Origin: Patescibacteria group bacterium
GTDB taxonomy: Bacteria; Patescibacteriota; Minisyncoccia; Phycocordibacterales; UBA1550
NCBI GenBank assembly: GCA_038057125.1
Contig: JBBUDU010000003.1
Coordinates: 15,046-79,045, forward strand
Direction: 5' to 3'
Length of the DNA: 64,000 nucleotides
Shown in pieces: positions 1 through 7,084 of the stretch. Each line of letters opens with the position of its first letter. The first letter of the stretch is position 1. The notes below the pieces were generated by a model that was not told the origin of the DNA, ran no database searches, and worked only from the letters and a program-made list of their open reading frames with translations. Both the position numbers and the translations under genes were made by a program.

Positions 1-2
1 CA

Positions 3-1670
3 GTGGACACTCTTTCTGTGAGAGAATGCCTTGAAAATGGTAAGGAAGTCGACCATGAATACGATGATTACCGAGGGATACCCGTTTTTGGAGTATCCGT
101 CTGTCTCCCAGACGATGGGCTCGTGCTTGTTGTCGAAGTGGACAAGTCTGAGATTTTTGCTCCAATACAAACGCTTGTGAACACCACCGCTGTCGGCGGA
201 GGGACCGTTCTCTTTTTTGGTCTTATTATTGTTGTGATTTTTGTGCGCCGTCCACTAAGGATGATCGAAGAAATCGTCGCGGGTTTCGAGCGTGTAATAA
301 AGGGGGATTTGACTGCAGAGGTAAAGGTGCATACAAAAGATGAGCTAGGTTATCTTGCTACTATGTTCAACAAGATGGTTCTTTCAATACGACAGAATCA
401 GAAAATTCTGCAGGAGTCAAACAGCAAGCTCGAAAAAAATGAGAGCGCTTTAATGGTGGATATTAAGGAGCATGAAAAGCAAGGTAAGGTCCTCGATGAC
501 GCAAGGCGTGCAACACAAAACCTCCTAGAGGATTCTGTGGAAGTGATGGAGAAGTCCCGAGCAGAAAGTAGTAAACTCCAGACAATCTTAGCTTCTGTTG
601 CAGACGGGATTGTGATTATCGACGGAAACCACATTGTCACATTAATGAATCCAAAGGCGGCTGTAATTTTTGCAATGCCTGTAACAGAGATTCTTGGAAA
701 AGATTTGCGCGAGATTATGAAGCTTTGCAGAGATAAGGTTCCTGTTGCCAAAGAAGAATGGCCGACAGAAGAAATGTTTCTTACGAAAAAAGAAGTCACA
801 ACAACCGTTGAGGATAATTTTTGTGTCACAACAAAAGGACGCGAAATACCGCTTCCGATATCGCTTTCCGTAGCGCCTCTTTCGGGTGGCGGACTCTCGG
901 GTGGTGTTATCGTAATTAGTGATTCGACGGCAGATCAGGAGCTCAATGAAGCGAAATCAGGATTCATTTCCGTTGCATCGCATCAGCTTCGTACACCGCT
1001 TACATCTATTCGCTGGTACTCCGAAATGCTCTTGTCTGAGGACGCCGGCACGCTAAACCCAGCTCAAAAAGATTTTATGAACGAAATTCACGGAGGCGCG
1101 GAGCGGTTGTATCAGACGGTGGATTTATTGCTTGGCATTTCTCGTGTTGAAAGCGGAAAGATTAAAACAGACAAGACCGCAATAGATATAGGTGTGTTTA
1201 CAGCGGAGATAAAAAAAGAGATCGAACCGCAGATGTATGAAAAGAAACTTGTGCTTACTATTGTTCCATCGGAACGAGACCCAGTCATTGTGTGGCTTGA
1301 TTCGCTCACGTTGCGCCAAGTTATCTTGAATCTTATTTCTAATGCGATTCGCTACACAAACGAGAACGGTATTATTGAAATAAAGTATTGGTTCGGCGAC
1401 AATGGAAAGGAAGTGGTTTATATGGTGCATGACAACGGCATTGGTATTTCTGAAAAAGAGCGCCCTCGTATTTTCTCAAAATTCTTCCGCGCGGAAAATG
1501 CGCGCTCGCAAGTCCCCGACGGTTCCGGCCTCGGCCTCTCGCTGGTGAAAGACTTGGTCGAATCATGGGGCGGTAAAGTGTGGTTTGAAAGCAAAGAAGG
1601 GGAGGGGACAACATTCTTCTTTACTGTTCCACTCACCACGCAAGTTGAGGGCGTAGATATTCCCAAATGA
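3..1670 (+). CDS. sensor histidine kinase, 5' end outside window (TM - HAMP - coiled coil - PAS - HisKA - HATPase_c)
   Basis: ORF is open at the window edge. Hydrophobic segment GGGTVLFFGLIIVVIFV is followed by HAMP-like RRPLRMIEEIV..GDL. H-box SVASHQLRTPLTSI, N-box LISNAIRYT, G-boxes HDNGIGI and GSGLGLSLV. Confidence 0.92.
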   Translation: MDTLSVRECLENGKEVDHEYDDYRGIPVFGVSVCLPDDGLVLVVEVDKSEIFAPIQTLVNTTAVGGGTVLFFGLIIVVIFVRRPLRMIEEIVAGFERVIKGDLTAEVKVHTKDELGYLATMFNKMVLSIRQNQKILQESNSKLEKNESALMVDIKEHEKQGKVLDDARRATQNLLEDSVEVMEKSRAESSKLQTILASVADGIVIIDGNHIVTLMNPKAAVIFAMPVTEILGKDLREIMKLCRDKVPVAKEEWPTEEMFLTKKEVTTTVEDNFCVTTKGREIPLPISLSVAPLSGGGLSGGVIVISDSTADQELNEAKSGFISVASHQLRTPLTSIRWYSEMLLSEDAGTLNPAQKDFMNEIHGGAERLYQTVDLLLGISRVESGKIKTDKTAIDIGVFTAEIKKEIEPQMYEKKLVLTIVPSERDPVIVWLDSLTLRQVILNLISNAIRYTNENGIIEIKYWFGDNGKEVVYMVHDNGIGISEKERPRIFSKFFRAENARSQVPDGSGLGLSLVKDLVESWGGKVWFESKEGEGTTFFFTVPLTTQVEGVDIPK

Positions 1671-2422
1671 TACCGATACATTTCACCGCCACTCTTTCTA
1701 AAAAGAAATTCATAGCGGAAAATACTGCGGAATTGACTTTTCTTGTTTCCAACCCCAATTTCTCTTTCACTGCGGGGCAGTACGTGTCCATTGAAATCCC
1801 TTCTCTTTCGGGCGCTACCGTACTGGACAGATATCACGATTTCTCTATAGCATCCTCTCCGAAAAACTCGAAAGAAATCTCCATCGCGTTTCGCGTGTCC
1901 AAAAGTATTTTCAAAACTGCGCTCCTTGCGCTTCCAGTAGGCGGAGTAGTCAACATTGATGGCCCCAAAGGTGCCCTCACCCTCCCTGAGCCTGAAAGGC
2001 CGGACATTAAGGGAGCCCAAGGTCCGGCCTTTGTGTCCCAAAATATCCCAATCATCTTCGTCGCTGGTGGCATCGGCATCACACCACTCCTTAGTATGAT
2101 AAGGTATGCGACTGAAACGAAGTCACCACAGCAAATAACTCTTTTGTATTGCAATAGCAGAAAGGAAACAACAGCATACGCCGAGGAACTGCACGCACTT
2201 GCACAAAAAAATCCGCATTTCACCCTTGTTTTATTGTTGGGGGTTCCGGTCGAAAAACTTTTTGCTCCCTATGTGCAAAATGCTAAAAAAACACCCAATA
2301 CGTTTTGGTATATTGTGGGTGCGCCTGCGATGGTAAGGAAAGTTGAGCAAATTCTTGGAGAATCTGGTATAATGAACACACAAATACGCATTGAAGAATT
2401 TTCAGGATACTTGCCCTCCTAA
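1667..2422 (+). CDS. FNR-type FAD/NAD(P)-binding oxidoreductase
   Basis: RYHDFSIASSP (RxYS-type flavin site) and GGIGITPLLSM (NAD(P)H site) are typical of ferredoxin-NADP reductase-like proteins. The ATG overlaps the kinase stop (ATGA). Confidence 0.8.
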   Translation: MIPIHFTATLSKKKFIAENTAELTFLVSNPNFSFTAGQYVSIEIPSLSGATVLDRYHDFSIASSPKNSKEISIAFRVSKSIFKTALLALPVGGVVNIDGPKGALTLPEPERPDIKGAQGPAFVSQNIPIIFVAGGIGITPLLSMIRYATETKSPQQITLLYCNSRKETTAYAEELHALAQKNPHFTLVLLLGVPVEKLFAPYVQNAKKTPNTFWYIVGAPAMVRKVEQILGESGIMNTQIRIEEFSGYLPS

Positions 2423-2463
2423 CTTTCTAAACGGCTAAAAGTTTGGCGGGTGAAGTCCCTCCA

Positions 2464-2472
2464 TGTTACAAT
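2464..2472 (+). promoter_or_regulatory. extended -10 promoter TGTTACAAT (PAS gene)
   Basis: TGnTAnnnT form. The 15-mer catgttacaatagta (2462-2476) is identical to 3101-3115. ATG lies 14 nt after the hexamer. Confidence 0.6.
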
Positions 2473-2486
2473 AGTATAATACCAAT

Positions 2487-3041
2487 ATGATGAATCCTAT
2501 TAACAACTATCAGTCGAAACAACCTGACATAGGCCCGGATGTGTATAGCGCAATCATCGAAGCACTTTCAGAAAACGCCATTTTTTCTTTAACTGACGAA
2601 AAAGGAGATATTGTTTTTGTAAACAATAAATTTATCGAGATATCTCAATACGCAGTTGATGAGCTCCTTGGGCAAAACCACCGTATCCTAAAGTCTGGGC
2701 ACCAACCGCAGGAGATATTTGTTGACCTCTGGGCGACCATCTCGCGTGGCAAAATCTGGCGCGGTGAAATTAAAAACCGCGCAAAAGACGGCAGCTATTA
2801 CTGGGTCGATGCGACAATCGTCCCTATTCCTGGACCAGACGGGAAGCCAAAAAATTATGCAGCGCTCAGAACCATTATTAATGACAAAAAAGAAATTGAA
2901 GCAAAAAATAAAAAATATGTAGAAGATCTTGAAAAAATAAATAAGTTCACCGTAGACAGGGAACTGAAAATGATAGAATTAAAAAAGGAAATAAAAAAGT
3001 TGGAAGAAAAATTAGCAAAAGGTCTCAAGGTCGGGCCTTAA
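2487..3041 (+). CDS. stand-alone PAS/PAC sensor protein with C-terminal K/E-rich coiled coil
   Basis: PAS/PAC-like core: LLGQNHRILKSG ... IWRGEIKNRAKDGSYYWVDATIVPI. The tail EIEAKNKKYVEDLEKINKF..LKKEIKKLEEKL is coiled-coil-like. Confidence 0.8.
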   Translation: MMNPINNYQSKQPDIGPDVYSAIIEALSENAIFSLTDEKGDIVFVNNKFIEISQYAVDELLGQNHRILKSGHQPQEIFVDLWATISRGKIWRGEIKNRAKDGSYYWVDATIVPIPGPDGKPKNYAALRTIINDKKEIEAKNKKYVEDLEKINKFTVDRELKMIELKKEIKKLEEKLAKGLKVGP

Positions 3042-3067
3042 TGCACCCGCACCCAAGGCCCGACCTT
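3027..3067 (+). terminator. 13-bp-stem hairpin overlapping the PAS gene stop
   Basis: aaggtcgggcctt / aaggcccgacctt with a 15-nt loop. No U-tract. Confidence 0.45.
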
Positions 3068-3102
3068 TGTGCATCATGAATTCTTGTTAATTATTCTGCT
3101 CA

Positions 3103-3111
3103 TGTTACAAT
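3103..3111 (+). promoter_or_regulatory. extended -10 promoter TGTTACAAT (first receiver gene)
   Basis: Same 15-mer as at 2462-2476. ATG lies 13 nt after the hexamer. Confidence 0.6.
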
Positions 3112-3124
3112 AGTAAAAACAATT

Positions 3125-3511
3125 ATGTATTCCAACACAAATCCCAAAACAATTCTCCTTCTTGAAGATGACAAAGCGCTCAATCGCGCAGTGGTACTCA
3201 AACTCGAGCAATGGGGAAATCGCGTCATTTCGACAATGCGCGCGGAGGATGCGCTTGGGGTATTGCGCTCGGAGCATCCGCAGATAGACATCATTTGGCT
3301 TGACCTACTTCTTCCGGGGATGAACGGTATTGAATTTCTTGCTGAAATAAGGAAGAATCCGGAATGGAAAGATATTAAAGTAGTTATTTGCTCGGTTTCC
3401 GGCCGTGAAGAGTCAAAGGAGATAGCTCGTGGACTCGGCGTAGTTGATTATTTGGTGAAAAGCGACTACAGTTTGGATGTAATTGTGGGTAAAGTTTTGA
3501 GTTACGCATAA
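3125..3511 (+). CDS. single-domain response regulator (CheY-like receiver)
   Basis: Acidic pocket LLLEDD, phospho-acceptor Asp in IIWLDLLLPGMNG, conserved Lys in DYLVKS. 128 aa with no output domain. Confidence 0.9.
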   Translation: MYSNTNPKTILLLEDDKALNRAVVLKLEQWGNRVISTMRAEDALGVLRSEHPQIDIIWLDLLLPGMNGIEFLAEIRKNPEWKDIKVVICSVSGREESKEIARGLGVVDYLVKSDYSLDVIVGKVLSYA

Positions 3512-3526
3512 TAACTATTATATTAC

Positions 3527-3907
3527 ATGGCAGAAAACAAGAAAAAAGTTTTGATTGCGGAGGATGACGAGCACATTTCAAAAGTGTATGAAATCAAGCT
3601 CGCCAAAGAAGGATTTGCAACTTCCCTCGCGCGTGACGGTGAAGAGGCAGTCGCAAAAATTACCGCGGAAAAGCCCGATATCGTTTTGTTGGATTTGATG
3701 CTTCCGAAGAAGGATGGTTTTGGCGTTCTTGAGGACATCAAAAAAAACCCCGCGCTTGCGAATATTCCCATTATCGTTCTTTCAAACCTCGGACAAAAGA
3801 GCGACCAAGACCGCACCCTTGCCCTAGGCGCAAAAGAATACTTAGTAAAAGTAGACAACCCGATTCAGGATGTGATAGATAAAGTGAAGGGGTATTTGTC
3901 CTCCTAA
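3527..3907 (+). CDS. single-domain response regulator (CheY-like receiver)
   Basis: LIAEDDEH, DIVLLDLMLPKKDG, VLSN, EYLVKV receiver signature. 126 aa with no output domain. Confidence 0.9.
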   Translation: MAENKKKVLIAEDDEHISKVYEIKLAKEGFATSLARDGEEAVAKITAEKPDIVLLDLMLPKKDGFGVLEDIKKNPALANIPIIVLSNLGQKSDQDRTLALGAKEYLVKVDNPIQDVIDKVKGYLSS

Positions 3908-3930
3908 CTTTTTGCCTATGGCAAAAAGTT
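3906..3930 (+). terminator. hairpin after the second receiver gene
   Basis: aactttttgcc tat ggcaaaaagtt. Overlaps the stop codon. No U-tract. Confidence 0.45.
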
Positions 3931-3964
3931 ATCCACACCCTACTTGTGTTATTCAAACAGCACC

Positions 3965-3973
3965 TGCTATACT
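3965..3973 (+). promoter_or_regulatory. extended -10 promoter TGCTATACT (pilin operon)
   Basis: TGnTATACT lies 35 nt upstream of the pilin ATG, downstream of the hairpin at 3906-3930. Confidence 0.55.
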
Positions 3974-4008
3974 ATTAAACATAGCAATTTAAATAATTAA
4001 TTATAAAT

Positions 4009-4725
4009 ATGATTTCCATGAATTTTAAGAAAGAGCGTAAGGGTGGTTTTACACTCCTCGAGCTCTTGATTGTCGTTTCCATTATCGCAATTTTGTCAGT
4101 AGCGCTCATCTTCGTTATCAACCCAGCAGAAACTTTGAAAAAGTCCCGTGACGCTAACCGTATCTCGGATTTGAGCGCAATGAAAACCGCACTCGGCCTT
4201 TATACAACGAGCACGACGACGCCATACCTAGGTGGTCTTGCTAGTAACAATGGCTGCAAGTCGGCTCCTACGAGCGCATGGGTTGGTGCTGGTACGCCTA
4301 AGATATTCTATTCGCTCCCTGGTGCTAGCGCTGTTACAGACACCTCACTTGACAATTCAACTGGCATCACTGTTGCATCTTCGACAGCCACAGCAACATA
4401 TACTCTCACAGACGGTACTGGTTGGATACCTGTTAATTTTGATTCGCTCATTGGTGGTTCCCCAATTTCAAACCTTCCAATTGACCCAGTAAATTCACTT
4501 GGGACAGATACGGCAGCATCCATCTCAACATCAACCCTTGCTTATAGATATGCTTGCTCAATAACTCCGCTCGCCTACGAGATTGACGCAGTCTTTGAAA
4601 GTGGAACGTACACTACTGGTTCTGATAACAAACTTTTAAAGGACGGCGGCGACAGCGATAATTATTACGAAGTGGGTACTAACCTTAGAATTCTTGGAGT
4701 TGGTACGTCAACAGTAATGTTCTAG
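4009..4725 (+). CDS. type IV pilin-like protein (major pilin candidate, paralog 1)
   Basis: Class III signal and N-methylation motif KGGFTLLELLIVVSIIAILS with Glu+5. T/S/A-rich globular part. C-terminal KDGGDSDNYYEVG is shared with the next gene. Confidence 0.88.
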   Translation: MISMNFKKERKGGFTLLELLIVVSIIAILSVALIFVINPAETLKKSRDANRISDLSAMKTALGLYTTSTTTPYLGGLASNNGCKSAPTSAWVGAGTPKIFYSLPGASAVTDTSLDNSTGITVASSTATATYTLTDGTGWIPVNFDSLIGGSPISNLPIDPVNSLGTDTAASISTSTLAYRYACSITPLAYEIDAVFESGTYTTGSDNKLLKDGGDSDNYYEVGTNLRILGVGTSTVMF

Positions 4726-4749
4726 CCATTATTATCTTAACTCATCATT

Positions 4750-5466
4750 ATGATTTCATTAAATTCAAAAAATAGGAGCGAAGGAACAAAAGGAGGCTTC
4801 ACCCTCCTTGAGCTCCTCATCGTTATCTCTATTATCGCTATATTGTCCATCGCTCTCGTGTTCCTTTTGAACCCTGCGGAAACCTTGAAGAAAGCACGCG
4901 ACGCTCAGCGTATCTCAGACTTGAAGGCAGTAAAAACCGCGCTCGGAATCATGCTCACAGCATCTTCAACGCCAAGTCTTGATTCTGGAGGGGCTATGTG
5001 TTCAACGAACACGGTGGGTACGATACAGACACCTAAAATTGCATACAGTTCATTAGCGGCTGTGGTCGGAGCATCAACAGTGAGCGGTTCAGATATCAAT
5101 GGCGTGGCATTCAACACAGCTGCATATGTGTCTGCAACCCAAGGAAAGGTAGACGGTAGTGGCTGGATTCCAGTAAATCTCAAGGCGCTTACAGGAGGTA
5201 CACCAATCTCAAGCTTCCCCTTGGACCCCGTAAACACGGTGGCAGGTACAGCAACGACTACTGACCTTGTATATCGCTATGCGTGCCAAAACCTTTCACT
5301 CACTTCAAAACCATCATTCGTGTTTGAGCTCAATGCCCGCCTTGAGAGTAGTGCGTATACTGTAGAGGACAACAAGATGTCAAAAGACGGCGGGGACAAT
5401 GACAATTACTACGAAGCAGGAAACAGTTTGAACATATTGCCAACAAGCACAGGACCACAATTCTAA
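4750..5466 (+). CDS. type IV pilin-like protein (major pilin candidate, paralog 2)
   Basis: KGGFTLLELLIVISIIAILS prepilin motif. Collinear similarity to the 4009-4725 product (NPAETLKK.RDA.RISDL, GWIPVN, PLDPVN, KDGGDNDNYYEAG). Confidence 0.88.
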   Translation: MISLNSKNRSEGTKGGFTLLELLIVISIIAILSIALVFLLNPAETLKKARDAQRISDLKAVKTALGIMLTASSTPSLDSGGAMCSTNTVGTIQTPKIAYSSLAAVVGASTVSGSDINGVAFNTAAYVSATQGKVDGSGWIPVNLKALTGGTPISSFPLDPVNTVAGTATTTDLVYRYACQNLSLTSKPSFVFELNARLESSAYTVEDNKMSKDGGDNDNYYEAGNSLNILPTSTGPQF

Positions 5467-5487
5467 CTAACTCAATCAGTTTTCTTT

Positions 5488-5529
5488 AAAACACCCAGCC
5501 TGTCCATAGACAGGCTGGGTGTTTTTTTG
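5488..5529 (+). terminator. strong intrinsic terminator after the two pilin genes
   Basis: acacccagcctgtc cata gacaggctgggtgt followed by tttttt. Confidence 0.9.
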
Positions 5530-5543
5530 TTATCATTTCTTAA

Positions 5544-6191
5544 ATGTCCTTCGTATTTATTTTCAACAACATAAACAACATATTTCTCGCAGTATGGTCT
5601 GTTTTGATAATACTTGTCGCCTTACGCTTTTTTTACCCAGCTTGGGTTAAAAATGTCTCTTATACATGGTTTGTCGTAGCGGCGATATCTATACATTTTT
5701 TTTATGGGGCACTTGTAACATGGGGGCAATACTATGTATGGGCAAATGGAAATACTTTTACTCAATCACTCCTATCCGCACATCTTCCAGTGGAGGCACC
5801 GCTTCCTAGCGCGATTGAATGGACCCGTCCGTACTTTGAGCAACCGCTCGGATATTTTTCATATTATGTTTTCGGACGATTGTGGCTAAACATAATTATA
5901 TTGTTTCTTATATCTGGGTTCTTTTACTCCGTTCTTAAATTATGGAGTTTTTACAAAGGTGGATTTTTACCAAATGGCCCTGAAATCATTCTGGCGCTTC
6001 TTCTTATCTCTGGTTATCCAGGAATCCTTGTTCTTGTACCACTCGGTTTTATTATGTCGATTATCTGGTTTACAATTTTGTATTTCAAAAACCGAACGAC
6101 AGTTGTACCACCAATGTACATTGAGCCCGTTTTTCTCATCGCAACCCCAGCCGTATTATTCTTCAGTAAAACAATCTTGAGCTATTTGTAG
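5544..6191 (+). CDS. polytopic membrane protein, unknown function
   Basis: 215-aa ORF with about 6 hydrophobic segments. No prepilin-peptidase (GxGD) motif seen. Follows the strong terminator at 5488-5529. Confidence 0.6.
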   Translation: MSFVFIFNNINNIFLAVWSVLIILVALRFFYPAWVKNVSYTWFVVAAISIHFFYGALVTWGQYYVWANGNTFTQSLLSAHLPVEAPLPSAIEWTRPYFEQPLGYFSYYVFGRLWLNIIILFLISGFFYSVLKLWSFYKGGFLPNGPEIILALLLISGYPGILVLVPLGFIMSIIWFTILYFKNRTTVVPPMYIEPVFLIATPAVLFFSKTILSYL

Positions 6192-6230
6192 AATCTTTTT
6201 ACTCTAATTAACCAAAACATGTATTTAGTG

Positions 6231-6284
6231 TCTATCACTATCATCTATTCGTGGCTATAGCCACGAATAGATGATAGTGATAGA
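6231..6284. repeat. perfect 54-bp palindrome (27-bp arms, no loop), upstream flank of cassette A
   Basis: tctatcactatcatctattcgtggcta | tagccacgaatagatgatagtgataga, verified base by base. Shares the core ACTATCATCTAT with the hairpin at 6913-6956. Confidence 0.95.
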
Positions 6285-6290
6285 ATGATC

Positions 6291-6314
6291 AAATATCGAA
6301 AATGAAATATCGAA
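6291..6314 (+). repeat. direct repeat AAATATCGAA x2 (period 14) between the upstream palindrome and the cassette A start codon
   Basis: aaatatcgaa at 6291-6300 and at 6305-6314. Confidence 0.85.
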
Positions 6315-6323
6315 TAATATAAA

Positions 6324-6878
6324 ATGTTGAATAATTACGATAAAGGCGAGCTCGCCAAAGAGATCCTCATTGGTCTAGCTGCAGGTGGTTTTATTGTTGC
6401 GTGCCTTGCAATGCCAGGACTCACGAAAATCATACCTCTTTTTAAACCAAGTGGAGCAAGAGACAGGTATAGACTAAATCAAGCATTCCAGAAACTTCAC
6501 AATAAAAAACTAATAAGTATTTATACTAAGAATGGTAATGAGGTTGTAGAAATTACTAAGGCAGGTCAAAAAAAGGTTCTTCTGTACAATCTTGATGATA
6601 TGAGACTCATTGTACCCAAGAAATGGGATGGATGGTGGAGGATTGTGATGTTTGATATACCTGAATCAAAACGTCGTGGGCGTGACGCGGTGAGCAGGAA
6701 GATTAAGGAGCTTGGCATGTATCCTATTCAAAAGTCTGTTTTTGTATCGCCGTACATCTGTAAGAATGAGGTTGATTTCATAGGAGAGTTTTTTAATGTG
6801 CGAGAACATATTATTTATATCAAAGCCAAAGAGATAGAAGGCGTACGTGAATTAAAGGAATATTTTGGTATTTTATGA
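6324..6878 (+). CDS. winged-helix + Cas2/PaaX-like domain protein (cassette A)
   Basis: N-terminal hydrophobic stretch ILIGLAAGGFIVACLAMPGL and a wHTH-like middle part (LHNKKLISIYTKNGNEVVEITKAGQKK). The C-terminal WRIVMFDIPESKRRGRDAVSRKIKELGMYPIQKSVFVSPY resembles the Cas2/VapD/PaaX beta-alpha-beta core (xxxYDI..RRR..v.k.L...G...Q.SVF). Paralog of the 15690-16292 gene. Confidence 0.7.
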   Translation: MLNNYDKGELAKEILIGLAAGGFIVACLAMPGLTKIIPLFKPSGARDRYRLNQAFQKLHNKKLISIYTKNGNEVVEITKAGQKKVLLYNLDDMRLIVPKKWDGWWRIVMFDIPESKRRGRDAVSRKIKELGMYPIQKSVFVSPYICKNEVDFIGEFFNVREHIIYIKAKEIEGVRELKEYFGIL

Positions 6879-6883
6879 GTATA

Positions 6884-6909
6884 ATAAAACTCACCGCATA
6901 AAACTCACC
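6884..6909 (+). repeat. direct repeat ATAAAACTCACC x2 (period 14) between the cassette A stop codon and the downstream hairpin
   Basis: ataaaactcacc at 6884-6895 and at 6898-6909. Confidence 0.85.
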
Positions 6910-6912
6910 CCC

Positions 6913-6956
6913 TACTATCATCTATCTGAAGCTATAACTTCAGATAGATGATAGTA
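6913..6956. repeat. 19-bp-stem hairpin, downstream flank of cassette A
   Basis: tactatcatctatctgaag (6913-6931) / cttcagatagatgatagta (6938-6956) with loop ctataa. It can extend through flanking cccc/gggg with one mismatch. Confidence 0.95.
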
Positions 6957-7084
6957 TGGGGAAAAGCTAATCCATTGATTTATCCACAGTTATTTTAGAA
7001 GGGTTATCGCAAATCACGAGTTCATCTTGGAACTAGAATATACTCGTCTTGGACGTGAACTTTTTGCGTGATATACTATTACTA

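Noticed and set aside
3929-6988. DnaA boxes as evidence for oriC.
   Set aside because: There are only three boxes, separated by 3 kb and 33 kb. There is no AT-rich unwinding element cluster and no dnaA or dnaN nearby.
7049-7084. N-terminal extensions offered by the ORF track: TTG/GTG or upstream ATG starts for pilB, pyk, mreB, uvrA, uvrB, rmuC, GH15, the ROK kinase, DUF2779 and the MFS gene.
   Set aside because: The extensions overlap upstream genes, terminators or promoters and lack conserved sequence. Internal ATGs matching the family N-termini were preferred, though the starts remain unverified.
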